DNA of 64,000 nt, taken from contig OX597835.1 of the NCBI GenBank assembly GCA_951406725.2, positions 20,398,001 through 20,462,000 of the forward strand, given 5' to 3'. The translations under genes and the position numbers were made by a program. Below, piece after piece: positions 27,985-40,338 of this stretch. Under the pieces are notes generated by a model. That model saw only the letters and a program-made list of their open reading frames with translations, was not told the DNA's origin and did no database searches. The first letter of the stretch is position 1. Each line of letters opens with the position of its first letter. Origin of the DNA: Octopus vulgaris (lineage: Eukaryota).

Positions 27985-29100
27985 GAGGTCTCAGATATTG
28001 CAGAACAGAGACTGTGCCCAGACAAGAGCAATGAAGAGGAAAGAATGGCTACCAGTACTAGAACTCGAGGAGGTTAGGTTAGGTGCAGGGCGATGCCCGA
28101 AGACACGGGGAGCGATGCAAATGTGGATACGTATGCCGCGCTTAATAAGATTAATCGGGAGAAGTATAATGGCTCAAGCACTAAGTGTAGGGAAGGACTA
28201 AACAGTGAAGACAAAGGAATGATCGATGACTACTAGTTTCCTTGAGGAAAACCTGGATATTGAAATAAATGGATTCAGGAAAGAAGACATAAATTTGCTC
28301 AGCCAGTGGCCCCTTATGGTGAATAAAATACTGAAAGAAATCAAGAAGGAAAATATAACGAATAGATTAGTCAAAGCCTGCGTTATCTGTATAGAAAACA
28401 GAAATAAGCCTCGAACCACACCATAAATGCGTGAATGAAGAAAAAGAACCTTGGTAGAAGAGAATAAAACAATCAATGAACTAACCCTCTCGCCGGTAAA
28501 GCGAACGACTGGAGGCCCCGGGGACGTTGACGGCCTCGATCTACTCTCGAACTCGGAACGGGCGAAACGGGCCGCTCCTATCCCGATCGGACGTGCGGCC
28601 TCGCCGTGTCGTTGTTGTTCCTACTCATCCTCCTCTGCTTCTGCTTGTCGGGCTCCCTCCGCGAGTCGTCGTCGGCCGCGCGATTCGGGGCGGCGCGGCC
28701 GTCGCAACAGCGCTTCGGAACGATGACGGTCTGGCATTGCGGGAGACGGACGATCGAGAGGCGGCGGCTCGCGCGCGCTAAGCGGGCCTCGCATATCTAA
28801 ATATATCGACATCTTGGAAAGAAGTGATATCAAGTGGGGAGAGAAATATTAGGAACTAAAGAACAATGATATAGGATAAAGAAAAGGGGGATAAATGTTT
28901 TTCTTGAAGAGCTGAAACAAAGATTGTAGGCTGAAGCCACAAAGATTGATAGATATGTCCAAAGAATTGAACAATTTAATATCAACAGATTGTTCCGACA
29001 GAACCAGAAAAGGTTAACAGCAGTGAGAGACCAGGAATGAAGGAAAGAGTTTGGGAGTAATATCTGGGAAACTGGAAGAAAGCATACCAAAGATGCTAAA
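27985..29100 (+). mobile_element. R4/Dong-clade LINE N-terminal fossil, interrupted by an rRNA fragment
   Basis: RAMKRKEWLPVLELEEVR, PW*KRIKQS, LEELKQRL*AEATKIDRYVQRIEQFNINRLFRQNQKR and SNIW...H match the R4/Dong pre-RT region; begins at (AAT)n. Confidence 0.8.
28484..28792 (+). rRNA. 28S rRNA fragment (pseudogene): helix 38 region plus the following GC-rich expansion segment
   Basis: ccggtaaagcgaacgactggaggccccggggacgttgacggcctcgatctactctcgaactcggaacgggcgaa aligns to the conserved metazoan 28S CCGGTAAAGCGAATGATTAGAGGTCTTGGGGCCGAAACGATCTCAACCTATTCTCAAACTTTAAATGGGTAAG (recalled from memory); ends in gctaagcgggcc, similar to CCTAGTGGGCC; sharp GC island. Confidence 0.85.
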
Positions 29101-29177
29101 TAATACAGTTCTATATTTAAGAGATGTGGAACTATGTGCATTATTTAAATTATTTACATTTGATTGATATTTGTCAA

Positions 29178-29215
29178 GTTTCGACTGATATGCCCTCCAG
29201 GCTTCATCAGGGGTC
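29178..29215 (-). ncRNA. Decayed hammerhead core
   Basis: CTGATGA a gcctg gagggcatat cagtc GAAAC; stems I and III not recoverable. Confidence 0.5.
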
Positions 29216-29399
29216 TTAGGGAAACTTCAAACCTGGGTTCTCATTATTATTGTTATTGAGCATTCACAAAAGATATGACAGCCCAGGGAAATAATACTTT
29301 TGCAACATGTGAAGAATTTAAACGAAGCAATACGAGTTTCCATAAGAGCGAGGTTACAGAGCGCATGTCGAAATTAATGGACATACTTTACAATTTTCA

Positions 29400-29520
29400 G
29401 TTGCAGCGTGGAAGGTATGTATAAGTCATTTAAGAAACAAGCAAAAGCCGTTACATTCACTTCAACATTTGAATTTAATTTGCAAAATATTTGAGACCGT
29501 GACCTGTTCACTGACAAGAC
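29400..29520 (-). mobile_element. Diverged third copy of the 24492 module
   Basis: ttgcagcgtggaagg...gacctgttcactgacaa; retains GTGAACA, but the stem II/GAAA region is deleted. Confidence 0.8.
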
Positions 29521-29574
29521 TCCGTTAAGCGTGAAATCTCGTATTTAGAGGTAGCAGTAACCATGGGTATGTGT

Positions 29575-30000
29575 GGGCTACTAAATCAGTCCTTCTAGTC
29601 TCCATCACTCTATCAGTCTGAATGTTAATGTGACTCATGTTATATTTCTTTCTAGCTATTTTCTAGTTTCATATTCATACCATTCATAAGTAATGTCAAA
29701 TCCTATTTTCTACATATTTCGCAATGAATATATTTCCTAAGTTGTCATATCCTTTCTGGTATTCTTACAGTGTCCTCACCCTACATTCACCAACTATATT
29801 CTTCCTTTGAGTTACATAATCTACATCAGAAATCTAGCGTTTAGTCTGTTAGTCCATACTGCATGATCTTGCGCTGCTACTAAGAAACTTTCTGTCGCAC
29901 TTTCCAGTTTTCTTCCCAGCAACCACAGACATCACTATATTTTGCAATGATCTTTGGAAATCTATGATGCACAGTCTTCACTTATCAATCAGATAAATTT
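29575..30000 (-). mobile_element. R4/Dong-clade LINE fossil (zinc knuckle to endonuclease region)
   Basis: WLLGRKLESATESFLVAAQDHAVWTN, EWYEYE and IQTDRVMETRRTD motifs with frameshifts; may extend to ~30380. Confidence 0.8.
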
Positions 30001-31402
30001 TGTTACTATTTCTGGCTTTTAATTACATTTGATTTTATGGTTTCCGTATTTGCTACTATTAAAGTAACATCTCTTAATAAAAGTTCCTTGCTATTACCTA
30101 CGTTGGAGGTTATATCTATTCTAGCTAACTCTACACTGTCTGCTACTGTTACTAACCCTCTTCAACGTTCCTTTCTAATTAAATACAATCGCGCTATTAA
30201 ACTAGCTCAAGTATAAGTCCTACATTCATATTGAATTCAGTCCTAGGTTTTCAGTCTATATTTGCTAATTCAAATTTTGTCTAATCTAAAAAAAGCTGCT
30301 GAACGTCTAAGTAACGCTACTTACGAAGTATTTAAATTGTTGACAATTTAAAACTATACTTAGCTCAATAGCCACTTGAGTTTTACAGATCAAAGTAAGA
30401 TCTGGCATTCGAGATCAAAGTATATATTCAAGCACAAGAAAAAATATAATCACACACACACACATATATATATAGGAATGTACGTCTGTATATGTGTTTC
30501 TATGATCAACACCAATACAATCACCGCGATAAACATTATAATGTAAGAAGTAGATACACAAACCCACTTCAAATAAAATCATATAACGTGGTATTCCTGT
30601 GTATTTTAAAAGTTGAATGACATGTTCTTGATCTTAGGCCTATGAACACTGACTTTTGACTAACCAACCACATCAATACAATTAGCAAGAACAAAATGAC
30701 CAATAAAAACCAACAATACGCGCGTAACCAAGATCACACATATCTAAACCAATCCAACCCACACTCTCACCTTAACAACCCACCAAAATTTTGAAACCAA
30801 CTGGCTATAACAGGTTTACGCCACCAAAAGTGTATGTACATGAGTGCGTGTCTGTGTGAATGAGTATGTGTGAGTGCATGTGTGCACGAGTGTTTGTGTG
30901 TGTTTTTGTGTATGGTTGCGTGTGTGAATGTATCTATGCCAGAAGTGCAACAGGCGGAATTGTCTATAAACCCTGGTGACCCTTCAACTAACACAAATGT
31001 TATCCTTGTTTTTCCTTATGTTTCCATCTCATTTTCATTATTACATCCCATCCATTGGAAATAAGATAATTTTCTGCTCAGGCAAAACAAATCTGTCTTG
31101 GCCGGATTCTTTTTACTACATCATTCATTTTTGTGGATAATTTATCGCTGCTGATGATGAATTTTCCTTCAATATAAGGTACCTGGAAAGAGGCTATGAA
31201 CTAGACGTGAAAGCACTAGTGCGAATCGAAACTGCAGAGGAATTACGCTGGATATTAAACTTGATGATTTTAAAAGCATTGATGAGGAAGTCAAATTGAG
31301 CCAAAACATTAAGTCTTGAGATATTTATAGTGGAAAAATTACGTGACAACAGAGAGAAAAATAGGTTAAGTGCTCCAGAACCTACTACATTAACTGTCTT
31401 GA

Positions 31403-31779
31403 TATGGCCCAGTGGTTAGGGCAGCGGACTCGCGGTCATAGGATCGCGGTTTCGATTCCCAGACCGGGCGTTGTGAGTGTTTATTGAGCGAAAACACCTA
31501 AAGCTCCACGAGGCTCCGGCAGGGGTTGGTGGTGATCCCTGCTGTACTCTTTCGCCACAACTGTCTCTCACTCTTACTTCCTGTTTCTGTTGTACCTGTA
31601 TTTCAAAGTGCCGGCCTTGTCACTCTCTGTGTCACGCTGAATATCCCCGACAACTACGTTAAGGGTACACGTGTCTGTGGAGTGCTCAGCCACTTACACG
31701 TTAACTTCACGAGCAGGCTGTTCCGTTGATTCGTATCAACCGGAACCCTCATCGTCGTAACCGACGGAGTGCTTCCAAC
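31403..31779 (+). mobile_element. SINE family A
   Basis: TSD aactgtcttga at 31392-31402 and 31780-31790. Confidence 0.92.
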
Positions 31780-31876
31780 AACTGTCTTGACCTTATTTAT
31801 CCATAGACTTAATATAAGGCTTAAAATGGAACGACTCTTGAGCGCGTGGATCGAGGAACAGAATAGAAGTATCGAT

Positions 31877-32177
31877 AAGGCGGCATGCTGGTAGAAACGT
31901 TAGCATAAGGGGGCAAGCAAGTAGAAACGTTAGCATAAGGGGGTAAGCTGGTAGAAAATTTAGCACGCTGGGTGAAATGCTTAGCGTTATTTCGATTGCC
32001 GCTACGTCCTCAGTTCAAATTCCGCCAAGGTCGAGTTTGCATTTCATCATTTCGGTGTCGATAAATTAAATACCAGTTGCGCCCTGGGGTCGGTGTAATC
32101 GACTTAATCCATTTGCCTGTCCTTGTTTGTCCCCTCTATGTTTAGCTTCTTGTGGGCAATAAAGAAATAAGAATAAC
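31877..32177 (+). mobile_element. SINE family C with triplicated 30-bp head
   Basis: TSD agtatcgat at 31868-31876 and 32178-32186. Confidence 0.88.
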
Positions 32178-32479
32178 AGTATCGATGGTAATTGAAAATA
32201 AAAGCGAAACTTTATATGATCATTTGCCGTTTAAAGAAGGTGAAACTGTGAGTGCTGATATAGACTTTACCACAAATTATTCTGAACGTTTGAAGGATAT
32301 GATTGTTGAAGGCGCTGCACATCAGAGCAAGTAAACGATGTTGATGAAACTACACTTTTCTGTAAGTGCATGCCTGATAGAACTTCTTTTCTCTCAAGAA
32401 GGAAAATTAATGCCAGGATGTATAGCTTCCAAAATCGTCTGACACTTTTTGGGCGAGGAAATACCACTGCTGATATATA

Positions 32480-32727
32480 TATTTCTTTACTACCCACAAG
32501 GGGCTAAACACAGAGGGGACAAACAAGGACAGGCAAACGGATTAAGTCGATTACATCGACCCCAGTGCGTAACTGGTACTTAATTTATCGACCCCGAAAG
32601 GATGAAAGGCAAAGTCGACCTCGGCGGAATTTGAACTTGGAACGTAAAGACAGACGAAATACGGCTACGCATATCGCCCGGCGTGCTAACGTTTCTGCCA
32701 AAACGCTGCCTTATATAATTGAATATA
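32480..32727 (-). mobile_element. SINE family C
   Basis: TSD tgctgatatata at 32468-32479 and 32728-32739. Confidence 0.88.
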
Positions 32728-33348
32728 TGCTGATATATAATTAAAGCCCCTCCGCGTGTATCACGTCGAAAATCTAAGTGTTTTCACTGATTATAACAAG
32801 TTTAATTAATCTCATAAAACATTCATGGCCCGAAGCCTTTTCGAAGTCTGGTTTATCAAATTATTTGATCTTGCTGTAGAAAGGTAGAGTGCTAGACATA
32901 ATATATCCAACAAAGTATTGCTTCTTGTAGAAAATGCACCGAAGCACCTAGCGAACTTAGATGACTTTTCTGAGAATGTAAGAGTAAAATGTATCCCTAA
33001 CAATGCAAATTCTTTACTCCATGGAAAAGGGTGTGACAGGTAACCCCAAGGCATATTATATGAGAACATCGAAGCAACCTCTGAAAAAAAAAATGGAGGA
33101 TAAACCTACAGTTACAGATTCCTGGAAGTAATTCAACATAATTGATGCTGTGGATAATATAGCCGTCTCTTGAGACGAAAGGAAAACTTCAACTTTGAAT
33201 GACCAGACTGCATCTGTGACATTACCCGTTTTCTTCAGTCAGAGTCTTCAAAAAATTTCGGAAATATATTGTGACACTTGTAAAGGATGTAGGATCTGAA
33301 GAAGCCATAGGAGATTATGTAACTGAGTTTCTGTTTTTGAAATGGCCG

Positions 33349-33409
33349 GATAACTGAAGAGATGGCGGCGTGGATTTTCACATCGGCATCCGAAACTCGG
33401 AGTTTTATC
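33349..33409 (+). ncRNA. Type I hammerhead ribozyme, canonical core
   Basis: gataa CTGAAGA gatg...catc c GAA actcggagt T ttatc; GUU triplet; stem I extendable; (TA)n ~35 nt downstream. Confidence 0.7.
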
Positions 33410-33438
33410 ATGGCTACAGAATAATTGTCACATATTAC

Positions 33439-33472
<34 letters not shown>

Positions 33473-33540
33473 CCGATGTCACCTGATCGGAAATTTGGAG
33501 GGTGAGATTTCCTAGCATTTCTAGATTTATGTACCGGAAT

Positions 33541-33598
33541 ATTATGTTGATGAAGGAAATGAATCTTTGATTCTAATCCAGAAACGTACGTCCATAAT
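33541..33598 (+). ncRNA. Type I hammerhead ribozyme (U3.G8)
   Basis: attatg TTGATGA a gga...tcc a GAA acgtacgt C cataat; 6-bp stem I, 8-nt palindromic stem III, GUC triplet. Confidence 0.7.
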
Positions 33599-33764
33599 TG
33601 ACTATGGACTGTTATTTTTCTTCTTTTTTTGCCACATAATGAGTTGCAAATACTGTTGTCTGTAGAGACATATTTTTGTAGTAAAAGATATAACAGTCTT
33701 CTGGCTGCTATTTCTAATACTTTCGGCATGTGGCCTAGCAACTTGTTGCAAAGACCTTCTTTGT

Positions 33765-33798
<34 letters not shown>

Positions 33799-34789
33799 CC
33801 AATGTATGTATGCAAGTCTATATGCATCTTCATTTTTGAATGTGTTTGAATTAGTAAAATCTTTTTCTTATTACATTATCTTCATTCTCTAAGTATTTTT
33901 ACACATATCTGCTGCCTGCCCATTTATTGCATCCGCCCTTTCCTCTTTGACCTCCGACTCAAACCTCCTCAGCTAACCTCTTTTCCACTACTACTCCTCT
34001 TCTTTCTGTCACTACCTCCAACTTATATTTTTTCCCTCAATCACCAGCTGACATTGTTTTTTTTCTTCCCCTCCGAGGAAGTGATCTGTTCTGATGTGAA
34101 GAACCTTTACTTCCATCCAACCAGGCACAGTAAATATTTTTTGTTTTGTTTTGTTATTTTGTGCGCATTCTCCGTTTTCATTACAATAACCAATGTTCAC
34201 TCACTCATTTTCGTTTCCAAACTATTGTTTGTCATTTGAAGAAAGAAATGTGATGGGGGGTCCCTATTTCTTACACATCATACTTCTAGATAGAAGATTA
34301 CAGTTTGGCACGTTCTATGAAACAAGATAATGTGCTCGTATTGTGGAATTTCAGATACTCTTGTATACTTGAATATGACATGAATGGACTAATATTTTGG
34401 TTGACCACATGTTTTGTATACAGCCTATAGTTACTGATGTATGGCATTATTTTATATTATAATTGAAGAAATGCGATTAGGATTTACTGAAGCTGAAGTA
34501 ATATGAGTTTCTTTCTGTTTTTATATACGTAATTGTTGTTTATAAAAATGTCTTGTCATTATTGGTGTTGATGTTATTGTCATTGTGATTATATTTTGCA
34601 GCTATTGTTATCTACGAATCAGCTGTTCTTGTAGCAGTTCTTCCTGTTTTGTTAATTATTCGGTATATATGTGTTCACCTATGTGTAATCGCTTCTCTAT
34701 ACGTATGTGGTTTCTTATTATATGCTTTGGACAGTATTTTTTTTAATATATATATATTAAATGGTTTTGCGGGGAATTTATTTTTTGTG

Positions 34790-34790
34790 A

Positions 34791-34865
<75 letters not shown>

Positions 34866-34925
34866 ATCAGTTTTATTAATGTTGTTGGTGTGCGGGGGAT
34901 GGTGGTGTTTGCGGTTTGTTATTGA

Positions 34926-34997
<72 letters not shown>

Positions 34998-35017
34998 CAT
35001 TATTATTATTAATATTA

Positions 35018-35066
<49 letters not shown>

Positions 35067-35155
35067 CATTATTATTATTATTATTATTATTATCATTATT
35101 ATTATTATTATTATTATTATCATTATTATCATTATTATTATTATTATTATTATTA

Positions 35156-35198
<43 letters not shown>

Positions 35199-35199
35199 C

Positions 35200-35252
<53 letters not shown>

Positions 35253-35316
35253 TAATATCGTTTTTATTAATGTTGTTGGTGAGCGGGGGATGAAGGTGTT
35301 TGCGGTTTGTTATTGA

Positions 35317-35356
<40 letters not shown>

Positions 35357-35360
35357 TTTT
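34790..35360. repeat. (ATT)n arrays with a duplicated ~65-bp spacer
   Basis: 34861-34930 is repeated, diverged, at 35252-35320. Confidence 0.9.
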
Positions 35361-35655
35361 TAATACTATTATTAGTAGTAGGAGGAGGAGGAGATGTGAA
35401 GGAGGCGTGCTAGTAGTAGTAGTGGAGGTGGTGCTGGAGTAGAGATACATTACCGTTGGAATTAATAGGAATTTAGTGATTTAGACGTTATATTTATTTT
35501 TATTGGTAATGGTGGGGGTGGTTCAACAGTTATGGTTTTTTGTTGTTGTTGTTGTTATTGTAAGTTATAGCGTTGTTAGTCTTACATTTTTTTCAGCTTT
35601 CTTCCATTTACCGTTAATGTTTTGAAGACATTATTACTATTATTATTATTATTAT

Positions 35656-35700
<45 letters not shown>

Positions 35701-36047
35701 GAGCAACAGCAGCATCAAGAGTATTAATGTTGATGGTTGTTCATTCTGTTGTTTGTGTGATATTTTTTATTAAAAAATAGTATAGATATTCACGACCCAG
35801 ACTTTACACCTCCCCTATGTAATTTACTACATATTTCGCTAATCCTATGCAACACTCCCTTACCTTAGTCTATCTGCCACATTTTACCCTCCCCTTTTTT
35901 CTTTATTCTCACTTGCAATTTCATCTTCCTTTTACCCTTCCTCAGCTTCCAACAGACAAAGAAAAATGTAGGTGAAAATTGCAGACTCTATATACAAAAT
36001 ATACAAATGAAATTGAACAATAATATAATGTTTTGTTTCGATATATG

Positions 36048-36102
<55 letters not shown>

Positions 36103-37938
36103 ATGTGTGTGTGTGTGTGTGTATTTGTGTATGTATGTATATTTGTGTGTGGGTGTATATGTATATTTGTGTGTGTGTATGTATGTATATTTATGTGTGT
36201 GCGTATGGATGTATATTTATGTGTGTGTGTGTATGTATATTTGTGTGTGTATATATGTATATTTGTGTGTGTATGTATGTATATTTGTGTGTGTGTATGT
36301 ATGTATATTTATGTGTGTATGTATGTATATTTATGTATGTGTGCATGTATGTATATTTATGTATGTGTGTATGTATGTATATTTATATATGCATGTATAT
36401 ATATATATACATATGCGTATACGTATGTAGACATGTGTGTGTATTTGTGTACCTGTATACGTACAGATACATATATGTGTGTGTGTATGCACATTTATAC
36501 GATATACACATATATTTATGTGTGTGTGTGTGTGTGTCCAGTGTAAATAGATAACTCACAGTAAATTACAAAGAGAACAAACACAGTCAAACAAACAAGC
36601 ATAAACAGGCAAACAAATGTATGAAAATTTTATCCTACCAGCGTTATAACTAAATCTAACATCACAATAGGCAAAAATTGCTGATATGAAAAATAAGACT
36701 GCAGATATTGATGTGGTCTAGTTCTCACATTGTTCTCTCATTCAGAATAACAGCAAACGTGTTCACATCTCTGTGTGTGCCATGTCTCATTTACGTCATA
36801 TAACCGCCATTGTTATCGAGGAAAAAAAAAAGCTGATTTCGTCTCTAATTCAATTCAATTCACACTGATCAGGTTAGACCATTATGTGGTTTGTGCTTGC
36901 TAGTCTACTCCCTTTGTCTCGCTTTTATATATCCCCACTTCTCTCTCTCTCTCTCTCACACATTTTATCGTACTCCACATCTTGTCTCCACCTCTCTCTC
37001 TCTCTCTCTCTCTCTCTACCTGTATACGTCTTTGGTCTTGCGGCTACGTTGTTTTGACTATTTAGGGTGTTGTATAGCTATGTGTACGTTTTATGTTTGC
37101 GTAGAGGGTTTTGTGTATGCAAGCTTTCAAACTATTTATGAGATTTATTATATTGAACAGGCATTTAGGTTTGGTTAGATTAGATTAGATGTCCTTGTGG
37201 CTGGCTTTGTTATCGATGGTATTGGTGATGGCGTTAATATTAGTGCTCGTATTATTGTTGTTTAAATTTCCAGTAAAGCAGTTGGTGATATTGACTGTGG
37301 ATGGAGTAAAATTTTTAGTAATGAGATCGAGTTTTATCTAGAACAGAATTTCTTATTGTTCTGTTGTGCTATTGTTGTGTTGTTCTTACTGTAAAGAATG
37401 CTGCTGTTGATTCTATTGTCATTGCTGTATTTTTAATAATAAACGGTTCATACTGAGTTAGAGTAGATTTTAACAATAACATGACGGTTTATCTAGAAAA
37501 AAAATATTTGATGCCGTTGTCATTTTTGCTGTAGTCTGGCGCACCATGTAAACACCGTCAGATGACATAAAAGGATTTGTAGTTGTGACTAATACCACAT
37601 CCGTACATTTACAGGAATATTAAACTATTACAGGTATAGGATATGATTTAATGGAAACGTGAGCTATTATTTGTAGTCAGTCTGGCTATCGTAATGAAGC
37701 GCTCTGGTTGGTGCCATCACCAATGAATTTATGTAGCATTTCATCATGAGTTATACTAAAGCAATCACTGCTTCCTCAGCAATATATATGTATGTAGTCA
37801 CCAGAGAGGCGGATGATAATACATTTATATCCAAACGACATGGTTCCGGGTTCAATTCCACTGTATTATACATTGGGCAGCAGTTTTTTTGCTATATTCT
37901 CTGGTCGACCAAGGACTGGTGATTCGATTTGGTAAATG

Positions 37939-37994
<56 letters not shown>

Positions 37995-38259
37995 ACCCCA
38001 TCTCTACCCCCACCCTCTGCCTACCCACATGTCCCACCTCTACTCCAACCCTCAGCCGAAACCACACCCCACTCTTACCTCGCCCACCTCCCAACATCAT
38101 CACACCACACAACACCACACTACACCATACAACATTACACATCACATCACAACACACCACCGACACACCCGCAATGACTAATTCCCATCCCCACATTTTC
38201 ACACCTACACATGCATACACACACACGCCCAGACCACCAGCCATCTTTTCACATACTCT

Positions 38260-38542
38260 CTTATATACACACGCACCTTCATATTGGAGGTTATCTTTAC
38301 TTTGTTATCTCCCCTATTTCTTCCCTCTCATGTGTGACCCTTCTGTCTGGCAGTCGCCATGATAGATCGTTAGCCACTACACACATTTTTTCTCTCCTTG
38401 TTTTTTCTGTGTCCCTTTCTGTAGATGAGCGTAGGCTCGAAACGTAAAAAAACTTTTTATATTCCTTAGCGTTATACTAATACATCTGTTTGTTTTGTAC
38501 ACCACCTGTCTTCGTCTTTTGTTGTTTTTTTTCGTAAACTCT

Positions 38543-38546
<4 letters not shown>
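38260..38546 (+). mobile_element. Family E Penelope-like module, hammerhead-like motif at 38416-38449
   Basis: ttt CTGTAGA t gagc gtag gctc GAA acgt a aaa; 3' end at (TA)n. Confidence 0.7.
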
Positions 38547-38604
<58 letters not shown>

Positions 38605-38608
<4 letters not shown>

Positions 38609-38730
38609 CAAATTTACAGAAAACAAGGGACGAGGAAAAACAAGCTGGTGTATTATTTTAACGCTAGTGAATAGTGGAAAAGTCTTTCACGTTTTGAACT
38701 TATGATCTTTGAAAAAAAACGAGAGTGAAA
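38605..38730 (-). mobile_element. Strongly diverged family E module facing the previous one across (TA)n
   Basis: aagtctttcacgttttgaacttatgatctttga resembles aagtcttttacgtttcgagcctacgctcttcga. Confidence 0.55.
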
Positions 38731-39049
38731 AATATGCAGATTTCCATAGTCCTACATGGTGAGATGTGTGTGTGTGTGTGTGTGTGTGCTTGTATTTATG
38801 TCCGAGTTTGTCCAACAACACCACTTGTCGACCCTTCGTGCTGTGTCTACGTTCCCGTAACTTTCACCTGTCTAGATGAACTACGTAAAATCTCGTCATC
38901 AGAATGTAATCATAGATATGGCTTTATCATGTTCTATAGAGACAATCTTCTGCCACACGCCTCTCTTCTTCAAACCACTTTCGTTATGCCATGGAAATAC
39001 ACAAAACCGTTATCCAGCGAGATCTCGTTTGATAGTAAGTTGTATCTCT

Positions 39050-39220
39050 TTACTCTTTTTACTCTTTAACTTGTTTCCTTCATTTGACTGTGGCCATGCT
39101 GGGGCACCGCATTTAGTCGAGCAAATCGACCCCAGGACTTATTCTTTGTAAGTCTAGTACTAATTTTACCTTTCTCTGCCGAAACGCTGAGTTACACGGA
39201 CGTAAACATACTAGCATCGG
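39050..39220 (-). mobile_element. SINE family B 3' half
   Basis: Reverse complement of the 17145-17329 tail. Confidence 0.8.
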
Positions 39221-40301
39221 AAGGTTCACTCGCAAATTTCTCTTATCAATACACACATTAATACACACACACGCATAGATGAGAGTATGTAACTTTAATA
39301 GTACTCGATCGAATTGGAATTTGTTCGACATAACATACAGCAAATGAATTATTTTTGTCTACTCGGACGAAATTATTCGTACTAAAAATACGGATGACTT
39401 CCTAGGAAACTGAATAATTTCATCGGTAAACAATTCTGAATTCATCGCGGGATTGTTGATTGCCTCAGTTGATAGTGGCAAAAACAAATATGTGATATTG
39501 TTCGTTCTGATTCTTTATATTTTGCGTACAAACACCTATGCAATCAATTTTGTCTTATATTTATCCTCAGTCCAGAAAGTAATTATGAAGTCCAGTGATA
39601 CATGATGCAATCGACCACAGATCTATGCCATGATGTAAAGCGTTCGTGTATGAAGGCAGAGTCGAATTACCTGATCAGCCGTGGGATTCCGAGAGCTGTA
39701 AACTGACACACCATATTGAGCACACTGCCAACATAGTAATATTGTCTTCCTGTCCCATTCTAGTTTACTAAAAACGTAACAACCATGCAGAAACACTCAC
39801 CACACGCGTAAAAAGGGTGTGGCCTAGTAGGTAGGGTTTTCGGCACATGATATGCGATCATGGATATGATCTTTGTACCGGTTGGTGCGTTGTACTGTTG
39901 AACCAATGTGTTCATTTCATTATTTACCAATCTAGTCTATAGTGTGGAAACCCTATAATGTGAGAGGGGGGCGGTGAAAGAGAGTCTCTGACTAAACGTT
40001 AGGACAAAAGCCACTTCGAGAATTAGTAAAAACAAAACACATACCAGGAAGATGTATGCGTAAACGATGCGTGTTCTATGGTGTATATATTTTCTCTTAA
40101 AGTGTAATATTTGGAAAATGTAACAGAAAAGGTAAAACGTTTAAGAAATCATTTCGATGGTTCGTTTTTGGATTTGGTTTGCAAGATTATTTATCAGTTC
40201 GTGTGTTGAAGCATATTCTGTTGTGTCTGGGGAGAGTCATTTTCTGTTTGTGCCTTATAATCTAACACTCACCGATAAAATTTCCACTTTTTTTTATTTT
40301 C

Positions 40302-40338
40302 CTAAAATTTTCGTTGCGTCTTGCAACAATTTCAATAG
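40302..40338 (-). ncRNA. Decayed minimal hammerhead (U3-A8 type)
   Basis: cta TTGAAAT t gttgc aagac gcaac GAA aatt T tag; position 9 is mutated. Confidence 0.5.

Larger units (their letters stand above)
31320..33220 (+). mobile_element. Tigger/pogo DNA transposon fossil interrupted by three SINEs
   Basis: MERLLSAWIEEQ (CENP-B HTH), GETVSAD, VDETTLFCKCMPDRT, LKPLRVYHVEN, KVLLLVENAPKH and WK*FNIIDAVDNI follow the DDE_1 transposase order. Confidence 0.85.

Noticed and set aside
28451-28833. GC-rich ORFs, CpG-island promoter or bacterial contamination
   Set aside because: Better explained as a 28S rRNA fragment.
27985-30000. Twin-priming inversion joining the two opposite-strand R4/Dong pieces
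   Set aside because: The geometry is wrong: the N-terminal piece lies beyond the 3' side of the minus-strand piece. Independent insertions are more likely.
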